From positions 10 to 64,009 of the forward strand of contig JAIKVY010000246.1 in the NCBI GenBank assembly GCA_024685275.1: a stretch of 64,000 nucleotides of DNA, in the 5' to 3' direction. Made by a program: the position numbers and the translations under genes. Below the pieces are notes generated by a model, which saw only the letters and a program-made list of their open reading frames with translations, was not told the DNA's origin and made no database searches. This document shows positions 9,210 to 18,800 of this stretch, in pieces; positions within the stretch are counted from its first letter, which is position 1, and each line of letters begins with the position of its first letter. Origin of the DNA: Clostridia bacterium. Its GTDB lineage: Bacteria > Bacillota > Clostridia > Christensenellales > DTU072.

Positions 9210-10568
9210 TTAGTATTTATTATTTTCTCTCTCTAAATAAGCCAACTGTTGTTCTCTAGTTCTATATCTATTTATATCTATTACACAATCATGTAACAAA
9301 TTGTTTAAAACATTTTTTCTTTCAACTGGAGGTATTTTAGTAAAAGTATGAACAAAATCGTATCCATTAACTTTTAACTCTGAAACAGAGAAAGGGACTT
9401 GTTCAGCGAGCATTTCATTTCTCACTTTAAGTAAGTCTTCAGCAGATTCTAAAACATCTCCTTCAGCAAGGCCACCACCTTTCCAATCGGCATACTTTAT
9501 TAAATATATTTTATCTAAATATTTATTATATTTCAATACAAACAAGCGTTGTTTATTAATAGAAGTTTTTCTATCTTGGTTAAACATATGAGTTAAAACA
9601 AGTGTAGCTGTCTCATCAATTATTTCTTTCGAATAGCAAAGTCTTGTTAAAATCTTTCTACACATTTTTTCGCCATAGTAATCATGACCTCTATAATATC
9701 CAAATGTTAATTTACAATATGGTTTTGCAATATCATGCATCAAAGCGCCTAATCTAACTGAGACATCAGCTTCTTTTACAGTGTGTAAAATATGATAATA
9801 GACGTCATATTTATGATAATCTGGGCGTTGTTCTAATCCATATCCAAGTGTTAATTCAGGCAAGATAATTTCCAAAACACCAATTTCTCTTAAAATATCA
9901 AACCCGTTAATTATGGCATCTGAAACACCATATTTAATATCCGAAACCAACAATAAATTAAGTTCATCCTTTATTCTTTCAGGAGAAATATCCTTGATTA
10001 AAGAAGCATGAATAGTGGCTTCTTTTTTAGTATTTTCATCAATTGTAAAATCTAGAGAGGCAGCAAATCTAGCTAAGCGCATTAAGCGTAATCCATCTTC
10101 AGCAAAAACTAATTCTGGAGCTCGAGTAGTTCTAATAGTTTTTTTCTCTAAATCATTAAGTCCTAGATTAAGTGGGTCTAATAACATTTCTTTCTTCACA
10201 TCATAATATAGAGCATTTATTGTAAAATCTCTTCTTTGAGCATCAATAGAAATATCATTAGTACAAACTACATCATTGGGCCTATGTCCAGAAGTATAAC
10301 TATCTATTCTAAAAGTAGTATATTCATATCTTGATTCTTTTCCAATTATACAAAGAGTCATCATTTTCTTACTTTCAACATGTACGATGAAAGGAGAGTT
10401 TTCTAAGTATTTTATTACTTCATTAGGAGTTGCTGGTCCACATAAATCACAATCATGTTCAACATAATTAAGTAAAGAATCTCTAACATAGCCTCCAACG
10501 ACAAAAAGATCTTTTTCAAATAGAGTGGATAATTGTTTTAATTCTTCCGGTATTGTTATATTAGGCAT
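9210..10568 (-). CDS. cca: CCA-adding tRNA nucleotidyltransferase (class II, with C-terminal HD domain)
   Basis: Motifs present: LFVVGGYVRDSLL head motif, DCDLC (DxD), RRDFTINALYYD and HDIAKP (HD). It overlaps the hpt stop by 8 nt. Confidence 0.85.
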   Translation of the reverse strand: MPNITIPEELKQLSTLFEKDLFVVGGYVRDSLLNYVEHDCDLCGPATPNEVIKYLENSPFIVHVESKKMMTLCIIGKESRYEYTTFRIDSYTSGHRPNDVVCTNDISIDAQRRDFTINALYYDVKKEMLLDPLNLGLNDLEKKTIRTTRAPELVFAEDGLRLMRLARFAASLDFTIDENTKKEATIHASLIKDISPERIKDELNLLLVSDIKYGVSDAIINGFDILREIGVLEIILPELTLGYGLEQRPDYHKYDVYYHILHTVKEADVSVRLGALMHDIAKPYCKLTFGYYRGHDYYGEKMCRKILTRLCYSKEIIDETATLVLTHMFNQDRKTSINKQRLFVLKYNKYLDKIYLIKYADWKGGGLAEGDVLESAEDLLKVRNEMLAEQVPFSVSELKVNGYDFVHTFTKIPPVERKNVLNNLLHDCVIDINRYRTREQQLAYLERENNKY

Positions 10569-11115
10569 TTTTAGTGTATATTTCCTCTTTTAAAATACTG
10601 ATATCAGGAAGATTTCTATACAACTGATTATAATCAAGGCCAAAACCAACAACAAATTTATCTGGAATTTCGAAACCAATATAATCGCCTTCAATTTCAA
10701 CTTTTCTTCTAGATGGTTTATCTAATAAAGAACAAATCTTTAAAGATTTTGGATTTCTTTGAGCGAGTATTTTCTTTAAATACGAAAGGGTAGTTCCAGT
10801 ATCAATAATATCTTCTACAACAATTAAATCCTTACCAGCAACAGGCATGCTTATATCTCTAGTAATACTTACTTCACCGCTGCTAACAGTTCCTTTATAA
10901 CTTGAAACGGACATAAATTCCAAATAGCAAGGTTTATCTATTAATCTTGTTAAGTCTGTAAAGAAATAACAGCTTCCTCTTAAAATACACACCATAACTA
11001 AACTATCGCTATCTTTATAGTCATCATTAATTTGCTTTGCTATTTCAGCTATTCTTTTTTCTATTTCATCTTTAGTAATTAAGATTTTTTCTAAGTCATT
11101 AAATTGGTTATTCAT
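10561..11115 (-). CDS. hpt: Hypoxanthine-guanine phosphoribosyltransferase
   Basis: It has the PRPP-binding motif LIVVEDIIDTGTTLSYL and the C-terminal FVVGFGLDYNQLYRNLPDI. The start is taken at the ATG at 11115, which has a GGAGGG RBS (the track start at 11130 lies further upstream). It overlaps the tilS 3' end by 8 nt. Confidence 0.9.
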   Translation of the reverse strand: MNNQFNDLEKILITKDEIEKRIAEIAKQINDDYKDSDSLVMVCILRGSCYFFTDLTRLIDKPCYLEFMSVSSYKGTVSSGEVSITRDISMPVAGKDLIVVEDIIDTGTTLSYLKKILAQRNPKSLKICSLLDKPSRRKVEIEGDYIGFEIPDKFVVGFGLDYNQLYRNLPDISILKEEIYTKNA

Positions 11116-12397
11116 TTTTCCCTCCAACACGTTTTTTTACGATATGTATTATTTTATTTGTATCATCTGTGATTTTAGCATCATCAGCTGTATCTACACC
11201 GAGAATAGCATATATTTTTTTACCACTAGCCAAAACAAGTAATTCATCCTTTATTGGTTTAGAAAGTTTCAAGTCTGTTAAGAAATTACTTAAAGATTTT
11301 GTTCTACCATTAACACGTTTAAAAGTATCGCCTGGTAATCTCTCTCTAATAACAGCATCTTCTGGAATCTTATCAAAATCTAAACTTGATCCCATTTCGA
11401 TGTTATTTGCTTCAACAAAAGAGTATGAAACGCCTTTAAAGGTATATACCATGTTTAAATCGAAAGGGCACTCTTTAAAGAATTCGGTTCCTTGCTTTGT
11501 AAAGATTAAATCTTTCCAGTGTTTTGTTACAACCAAACCAAAAGGTATATCAATAGATGTATTACTTGGTTTCTTTGCTAAAGATAAGATGCTTTCAATG
11601 TGTCTTGTTTCAAAATCTTGTTGGTGTCCCATTTTCTTAATGGCAAGCATAATAGAGTATTTTTGAAGAACCTCAGGTTGACCAAAAACATTGTATATAA
11701 CGTAACCATGATTTGTTCTGGTTGGTTGAATTGCTTCTTTTACCAAATATTCGTCTGCTTCTTTAGCTGAAGTAGATATTTTTGTTAATGAATTTAAGAA
11801 AGCAGGGTATCTTTCTTTAATAAGAGGCATTAATGTATACCTAACATAGTTTCTAGTATAAGATGTATCACTATTAGTTTCATCTTCAATATGTTCAATG
11901 TTATTTTTAACAGCAAATTTTGTTATTTCATCTCTTGAATATTTTAATAGAGGACGAATATAATTTTCAGATGAAGTGATTCCAATTAAGCCTCTTAATC
12001 CAGATCCTCTGAATAGGTGCATAAGGATAGTTTCAGCATTATCATCAGCGTGGTGAGCTAAAGCAATAGCATCAACAACATGAGTTTTTATTAATCTATC
12101 AAAAACCTCATATCTAAGTCTTCTAGCACAAGTTTCAATGCTTTCGCCTTGTCCTTTTGATTCATTTACATTTACAGAGAATGTTTGAAATTCACAGTTA
12201 TTTTCTTCACAAAATTTTCTAACAAAATCGGTATCTCTTAAACTTGTTTCACCACGAATTCCGTGTTCAATGTTGATAACTATAAAATCTTTTTGACCAG
12301 CTTTAATGTAACAATAAAGCATTGTCATGCTATCGATTCCACCACTTACAGCGATTCCTAATTTGCCTTTAAATTTTTGAACACTTATATTTTTCAT
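11108..12397 (-). CDS. tilS: tRNA(Ile)-lysidine synthetase
   Basis: It has the PP-loop GIAVSGGIDSMTML and an N-type ATP-pyrophosphatase fold. It sits immediately upstream of hpt, the conserved tilS-hpt order. Confidence 0.85.
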   Translation of the reverse strand: MKNISVQKFKGKLGIAVSGGIDSMTMLYCYIKAGQKDFIVINIEHGIRGETSLRDTDFVRKFCEENNCEFQTFSVNVNESKGQGESIETCARRLRYEVFDRLIKTHVVDAIALAHHADDNAETILMHLFRGSGLRGLIGITSSENYIRPLLKYSRDEITKFAVKNNIEHIEDETNSDTSYTRNYVRYTLMPLIKERYPAFLNSLTKISTSAKEADEYLVKEAIQPTRTNHGYVIYNVFGQPEVLQKYSIMLAIKKMGHQQDFETRHIESILSLAKKPSNTSIDIPFGLVVTKHWKDLIFTKQGTEFFKECPFDLNMVYTFKGVSYSFVEANNIEMGSSLDFDKIPEDAVIRERLPGDTFKRVNGRTKSLSNFLTDLKLSKPIKDELLVLASGKKIYAILGVDTADDAKITDDTNKIIHIVKKRVGGKNE

Positions 12398-12451
12398 ACA
12401 AATATTTTACTATACGAAAAGTGCATAATCAACAAAGTTTTTTTATTTATA

Positions 12452-12485
12452 ATAAAAAAGGAGAGCATAGAAATCCATACTCTCC
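12452..12485 (-). terminator. Rho-independent terminator after the alcohol dehydrogenase gene
   Basis: On the minus strand, GGAGAGTAT-ggatttct-ATGCTCTCC forms a 9-bp stem with one G:U pair, followed by TTTTTT. It lies ~27 nt after the stop. Confidence 0.75.
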
Positions 12486-12511
12486 ATAAATAAAATAGTA
12501 TTTAGAAATAA

Positions 12512-13765
12512 TTATTCAGCTTTTGATTCTTGTTTGTCTTCAACCACTGGTTCTTCTTTAGCAACTGAAGTTTTTCCCATAATTTCATAATACATATTTG
12601 TCATTTCTTTTTTACCCATAAACTTTGGTACAGGATAAAGTGGATTAGCTTCTTTTAATGAATGTTCAACCATTGTAGGAATATCTTCTTCTCTAATCTT
12701 ATCAATAGTTGTAGGAATATTCATTCTTTCATTCATTTCCTTTATTCTACGAATAAATTCTTTTGCTTGTTGTTCAACTGTTCCTTGAATACCAACAGCA
12801 TTAGCTAATTCAGCAAGTTTAACCCAAGCTGATTTTCCAAAATAGTCGAGAACATGTGGTAAAATAACAGCATTAGCTAAGCCATGAGGAACTCCATATT
12901 GTCCGCCGAGCGCATGAGCAATAGCGTGAACATATCCAACATATGAACGAGTAAATGACATACCTGCTAAATAAGAAGCTTCTTGCATTTTCTTTCTCTT
13001 CTTTAAATCAGAACCATCATTGTAAACATCTTCGAGATTTTCAAATATTAATTTTGTAGCCTTAATAGACCAATCTCTTGTTTGAGCAGTTGTTGATTTA
13101 CCAATATATGCTTCAACGGCATGTGTTAAAGCATCCATTCCTGTTGTAGATGTGATATGTGGTGGTAATCCTAATGTTAAAGATGGATCAAGAACAGCAT
13201 ATTTTGGAATTAAAACAGGATCATTAATTGGATATTTCTCGTGTGTTTCAGGATTTGAAATAACTGCAGCAACTGTAGCTTCACTTCCAGTCCCGCTTGT
13301 TGTTGGAACAGCAAAAATTGTAGGAATAGCTTTTCTAACTTTTAAAGTTCCTTTCATTTGTGGAATTGTTTTGTCAGGCCTAGCAACTCTAATACCAACA
13401 CCTTTAGCACAATCCATTGGGGATCCGCCACCAAATGCAACGATAGCATTAGCGCCTATTTCATTATACATTTGATATGCTTCTTCGATATTTTGTATTG
13501 TTGGGTTTGGAACAGTCTTATCATATACAGCATATTTGATTCCTTTTTCATCAAAATCAGCTTTTAATGGATCAATTAATTTTCCTTTATTATGAAGGAA
13601 ATCATCTGTGACAATTAAGATAGAAGTATAGCCTTCTTCTTGTACTTTGTTAGCTAAACGTCCAAGACCATCAATTAATTCTGGTTGTCTAAAATTCATC
13701 AATTTCATTCCAATCTTGAAACAAAATTGATAACATCTACAGTAACATTTACTAAATATATTCAT
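12512..13765 (-). CDS. Iron-containing (group III) alcohol dehydrogenase
   Basis: Motifs present: AFGGGSPMDCAKG, metal-binding His motifs HAVEAY and HALGGQYGVPHGLANAVILPHVL. An AGGAGG RBS lies 6 nt upstream of the ATG. Confidence 0.85.
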   Translation of the reverse strand: MNIFSKCYCRCYQFCFKIGMKLMNFRQPELIDGLGRLANKVQEEGYTSILIVTDDFLHNKGKLIDPLKADFDEKGIKYAVYDKTVPNPTIQNIEEAYQMYNEIGANAIVAFGGGSPMDCAKGVGIRVARPDKTIPQMKGTLKVRKAIPTIFAVPTTSGTGSEATVAAVISNPETHEKYPINDPVLIPKYAVLDPSLTLGLPPHITSTTGMDALTHAVEAYIGKSTTAQTRDWSIKATKLIFENLEDVYNDGSDLKKRKKMQEASYLAGMSFTRSYVGYVHAIAHALGGQYGVPHGLANAVILPHVLDYFGKSAWVKLAELANAVGIQGTVEQQAKEFIRRIKEMNERMNIPTTIDKIREEDIPTMVEHSLKEANPLYPVPKFMGKKEMTNMYYEIMGKTSVAKEEPVVEDKQESKAE

Positions 13766-13974
13766 TACATGCCTCCTAAAAAATTATTAAATATAATTTA
13801 ATAAATTCTAACACTTAATATCTTCAAACGCAACAAAAAAGAGATAAAAAATGATATAAGAAAAACATTCAAAATAAGTTAAAATTTAGCATATAAGAAT
13901 AAACAATATTGAAATAATTAATATGTAATAAATTGAATATTGGGCAACAAAACAACGAAGAAAAGATAACGATT

Positions 13975-14784
13975 CTACCAATCTTCTGTTTTGTTTGTCA
14001 TTTTTATATCATCATAAAAAGATTTATATTTTGTTGAAAAATCATTAACTTCGCTAAATCCATGAATTTCATTTTCTGAGGCATTTATGTCAAAATCAGC
14101 TTCTTTTTTTATTACCATTTTCGATGGTTGTTTTTCAAATAATTCAGGAAAAATGATAGGGTATAAATCATATCTATTTGAAATAACTTGTCTATTTGTT
14201 TTTGATAACTGGCTGTGAGAATTATGTCCTCCTTCAATTAGAACACAATCAACATTTAAGCTTGTGGCAACTTCACTATCATGCACCGTATCACCGACCA
14301 TTAAAATATTTCCGCTCAAGTTATATTGTTCTATTAAAGATTTTCCAATACTAATTTTACCATGGGCAAAAGTATTGTCGCATCCACCAATTCCATCAAA
14401 GTATTTACTAATACCATAATGCTCAAGTGATTCAATCACGATATTTTTTTCAGAAGCAGTTAAAATGTATTGTTTAATATTCTTGCTCTTAATCACTGCA
14501 AGAACCTCTTTAACTTCTTTGAATAGAGATGGTTCATATTTTCTTTTTTCGTATTCAGCGGTATATTCGTTTGCCATTATTTCAAATGGCTCGTCACTAA
14601 AATCAAAACCTAATTCTTTGTAATAATCAATAACAGGAAATTTAAAAAGTTTTCTATATTGATCTACTGTTGGAACCGGCAAATTACGTTTAATTAATGA
14701 TGGGGCAATGGATGCAACGCTAGTTGTTGTGTCATCAAGCAATGTTCCATTCCAGTCCCAAAAAATAATGTCATATTTTGCCAT
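13975..14784 (-). CDS. HAD-superfamily hydrolase (phosphoglycolate-phosphatase-like) with a ~70-aa C-terminal extension
   Basis: Motif I is IIFWDWNGTLLDD. It also has the cap-domain pattern, ILTAS (motif II-like) and MVGDTVHD (motif IV). The start is taken at the ATG at 14784, 10 nt after an AAAGGA RBS; the track start at 14790 is a TTG. Confidence 0.75.
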   Translation of the reverse strand: MAKYDIIFWDWNGTLLDDTTTSVASIAPSLIKRNLPVPTVDQYRKLFKFPVIDYYKELGFDFSDEPFEIMANEYTAEYEKRKYEPSLFKEVKEVLAVIKSKNIKQYILTASEKNIVIESLEHYGISKYFDGIGGCDNTFAHGKISIGKSLIEQYNLSGNILMVGDTVHDSEVATSLNVDCVLIEGGHNSHSQLSKTNRQVISNRYDLYPIIFPELFEKQPSKMVIKKEADFDINASENEIHGFSEVNDFSTKYKSFYDDIKMTNKTEDW

Positions 14785-14804
14785 GAACAATAAATCCTTT
14801 CGTA

Positions 14805-15371
14805 TTAATATTTCTTTATACCAGTATAAAGAGTATCAAGATACAAATCTAGTTTTTCGTTAATAATATTTACAGCTTCAATTTCATTATTTGCGCCATA
14901 TGTTTTATCATCAGGAATATTTTCAAATCTAATTCTATCATCTAGTCTTGTGTTAGCTAATTTTTTAGACCATCCTTCAACAGAAGTATAGCAAATAATT
15001 AATTTTTTTAAAGACCACGCATTAGCAACTTCAGATAAGGTTCCAGCTCCGCCTCCAACCATAATAACAGCATCAGCAGTTGCGACCAAAACATTTCTAT
15101 ATAAATCCATTCCTGTCGGAATAACGATATCACTATAACCATTATTTTGGCTGCGATTAAAGCTTGGCAAAAGAGCAATAGTTGCTCCTTCAAAATATTT
15201 AGAAGAATCTTTTGCCCCTTTAAATACAGCTTCCATTATTCCGCCCATTCCACCGCTTTGAACTCTATATCCATTATCTACTAATAACTTCCCAGTTCTA
15301 TATGCAAGTTCATATTTTTCACTTCCAGGTTTAGCGTCTGCATTTCCAATTACAGCAATTATTTTTTTCAT
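14805..15371 (-). CDS. LOG/TIGR00725-family Rossmann-fold protein (the so-called lysine decarboxylase-like family)
   Basis: Motifs present: SGGMGGIMEA and VGGGAGTLSEV (the PGGxGTxxE-like LOG motif). An AAGGAG RBS is present. Confidence 0.7.
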   Translation of the reverse strand: MKKIIAVIGNADAKPGSEKYELAYRTGKLLVDNGYRVQSGGMGGIMEAVFKGAKDSSKYFEGATIALLPSFNRSQNNGYSDIVIPTGMDLYRNVLVATADAVIMVGGGAGTLSEVANAWSLKKLIICYTSVEGWSKKLANTRLDDRIRFENIPDDKTYGANNEIEAVNIINEKLDLYLDTLYTGIKKY

Positions 15372-15723
15372 ATTATCTCCTTGTTTGTATGTAAAAACTA
15401 TTTATTCGCACTTATAAAATTTAATGCAATAAGGGATACAAATATTAAGCAAACAGAAGCCCAAATAAGCAAATGCCCAAAGCGTTTATTCAATAGTAGG
15501 CAACTCAATTAGTGATTGCTGTTCATTAATTATATCACAATCTAATTTATTATTTGATGCTATATGTGCCTATAGTTTTCTTAAAGGATTTTACAATTTA
15601 TTGCCCGATGGTGTCAAGAAAAGAATGATTTAATGTGTATGGGTTTATATTTAATATAAAAATGCAAGAAAATGAGCAATTTAGTTATTTCTTTATGAAA
15701 ACTTAAACAAAAGAAAAATAGTA

Positions 15724-15752
15724 TTGACATAAGCATTTATTAACTATAATAT
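15724..15752 (+). promoter_or_regulatory. Sigma-70-type promoter candidate for the giant gene
   Basis: The -35 is TTGACA (15724-15729). The -10 is either TATAAT (15745-15750, 15-nt spacer) or TAATAT (15747-15752, 17-nt spacer). An A-rich UP-like tract lies upstream. This would give a ~25-nt leader with no GGAGG before the ATG at 15781. Confidence 0.55.
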
Positions 15753-15780
15753 AAATATATATTTATATTTAGCGCGAAAT

Positions 15781-15858
15781 ATGAAGAATAGAAAAAAGTT
15801 TTTATCAGTATTTATTTTAATTGTCTGCATAGTACTAGCACTATGCATGGTTGCATGT
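15781..15858 (+). other. Lipoprotein signal peptide with lipobox (cleavage before Cys26)
   Basis: MKNRKKFLSVFILIVCIVLALCMVAC|SERV has a basic n-region, a hydrophobic core and M-V-A-C. It is followed by a G/S linker, NNQGGGSSSGSGQ. Confidence 0.8.
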
Positions 15859-18800
15859 AGTGAAAGAGTAGCAGAAAATGAAGAAAACAATCAAGGTGGC
15901 GGTTCTAGTTCAGGATCAGGACAAGTTGTTGATATCAAAACAGAACCATTAAAGAGTTTCAACGATTTTACAAAAGCAGTTAAGGATTCTTTTGCTGATG
16001 ATTTGGTTGATAAAGGAAATTATGTTGAAGAAGATCAAAATTGGTTAGACATTAACCTTGTTCTTGAATATAAACGTCATGCATATGAAAAAGAAAATGG
16101 TGTTTACACATCAACAGCCAAGAAAACAGTTCATTTCAGAATTATCATTCAGATGAAAATATCCCTTAGGGATAATAGCCAAAGTAGAGCGCTTATTGAG
16201 CTTAATGATGTCTCGAGAAACGTTACCTATCTAGGTTTCTATTACAACAACTCAACAACATATCTAAATGTTGGTGGAAAAAAATACTATACAGAACAAA
16301 TTAACTTAACTGCAATTGGAACATTATTAGTTGATGCTCTTAAATTGACTAATTCTGCAGATAAGACAGATATAGTAGGAATTGTTGTTGATGTCTTACA
16401 AGGTGTAATTCCAGTTGAGTCTATTCAAGGCATTTTATCAACAGCTTGGAAGTTATTCTTGTTCAAAGGCCCATATGATATTACTTATTCAACAGCAACA
16501 ACAACTTTTGATGCGCAGGATGATCAAGGAAGAGTTCAAAAGTACACATACCCAAGATATAGATACATTAACGAATATTTGAATTCAGATTTCATTTTCG
16601 GAATGATTCATCAAGGAAGAATTAGTATTTCTATTGCAAATATTGATTATAAACTTGCATGGACAGAATTTGGTTTACCAGATTTAGACCATATTCTTGA
16701 AGATGTTATTGGGTTTGGTTTGAAAGATATAGTTGAAAAAGATTGGCCAAAAATGAAGATTAGTCTTCATGCTATAACAGAACTTAAGAAAACTAAAAAC
16801 GATGATCCAACATATCATGCTTATAATTATGCATTCAATGGATTTGGTTTGAGTGTTTTAACCGATACTGGAGAATATGATGTCTCTTTGGAAGTAACAC
16901 CATTTGTATTTGGTATAAGAAAAGAAAGTGGAGTTAACGTAGAACTTGGTTCATACAGTTTGAACGATAAAGGAACTGTATATAAGGCAGGAAGTTTTAC
17001 TAACCTTGAAGCAAATCTTAGATTAAGTTTTGATAGTGAAGAAGGCGAAAAATTAACCATCAGTTCTTTGATTGGCAGTAAGGTATTTGATTTAGGCGAT
17101 TTAAGTTCTATGCCTATTAATATCCAAGAAAAAACTCATTACACATTTGATATTGGAATATCCGCGTCACTAGATTTGTTTGAAAATAAGAATAATTATT
17201 TGGATGCAAAAATCAAATACAATGGAAAGAAGATAATAGGTATTTACCTTGTTCCAGATTTAACGCAGACAACAGTTGCTGGTCGAGGAAAATATTTGAG
17301 TTCAATTTATTTAGATTTTGGAAATTTGACAAGTGGTGGACAACCATTCTTCCCATCCACTGTAATTACAGGAATTGATTTAACAACTGCATTATCAACT
17401 CTTATTGGCGAAAATATAATGGGCATTTTAGACCCGTATAGAGGAAAAACCACAGCGACAAGAAATGCTGAAGGCGAAGAAGAAAAGAAGGGTGGTCTAG
17501 ATGTAATGAAATTGATAGGTCTATTAATCTCTGAAAATATAATGACAGATGATTTTGGAAATATCTCTTACGAATACAAATACATTACATTGCCAAAGAA
17601 AAATGGAAGCAAAGTCTTAAAATTTGCATTTGATAACTATGCTATTAACACCATTGTATCAATGTTTATACCAAGCATTACTCCAACTATTAATAGTGCA
17701 GGAGAAACAATATACGAAGATGGAATTGGAATTAAAGGATTATCACTAAGCTTAGATTTTGCGCGACCATTTGATTCAATTAGATTAAATGTTGATATAT
17801 CAGAATATACATCTTTATCACTCGGTATTGGATCAACAAATGCCGATGGAACATATAACACTGGCCTATCTTATTTTGAAATACCACATTTTGATTTATC
17901 AGCAGTAGGCCTTGATTCTAATTTAAAAGTTCCAGATGAAGCAATTGCTAAGAGACTTAGAGGTGAATATAGAGACTTAGATGCAACTTTATCTTATACT
18001 GCTAGTTTGTCAGGAATAATTGAAATTGGATCTACTGAAAACACTGTAATTAATTTAGATTCTCTTGTTCAATACGTTGTTGAACAATTCTTAGATAATT
18101 TAGGGTTATTAGCTCAAATTAAGATTAACTCATCAAGTAATTTGAAGATTAAATACGTTGTTCAGTTAGGTACTGCACTTAGCAACTTAGGAACATCTAT
18201 TTTAGTTTTAGATTTGTACTTGCTAGATGAAGAAAATAAAGAAATTTACACTGCACCTTTCCTTGAATTGTATTATAGGGGAGACACAGACACTATTTAT
18301 ATCACAACAAAAATCAACAATGAAGCTAATATGGTTGACCAACTTAGTTCGCAACTACCATTTATCAAGATTATAGATGGTAATATCCCTAACTTATCTA
18401 TTTCAAATGTTGGAATAGCGAACATGTTAAAAGGAAAAGGTTTTGATATAAGGCCTTTATTTGCAACAATTGGAAAAGATATTGGATCAGGCATTAATAT
18501 TTCAAATGCTGATGTTACACCTACTGAAGATGGTGCTGATGTTGGCGGCGGAAGTAACATTCTTAACATAATTGGCGGAGCATTAAAGGGTATTAATGTT
18601 GAAAATGGAATGCTCGGAATTGTTATAAACGAAGATGTATTAACGATTCTTATGGGAATGTTGAATGTTGGAATTAATGGTGGATTGCCACAAATAAATG
18701 CTCATGTTGATTTACAACTAGGTACACAAAATGAGCTAACAGATAACGGCGAATATTTATACAAGATTACTCATACGGAAAAAGAAATAGATGTAACAAC

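Noticed and set aside
10015-15193. Shadow ORFs at 10015-10206, 11169-11666, 13152-13475, 13358-13567 and 15008-15193.
   Set aside because: Each lies antisense to, or out of frame with, a well-supported gene (cca, tilS, adh, LOG) and has no motifs of its own.
15398-15493. A possible 31-aa hydrophobic peptide on the minus strand (LNKRFGHLLIWASVCLIFVSLIALNFISANK) in the giant-gene upstream region.
   Set aside because: It has only a TTG start, no RBS and no conservation evidence. It is indistinguishable from chance.
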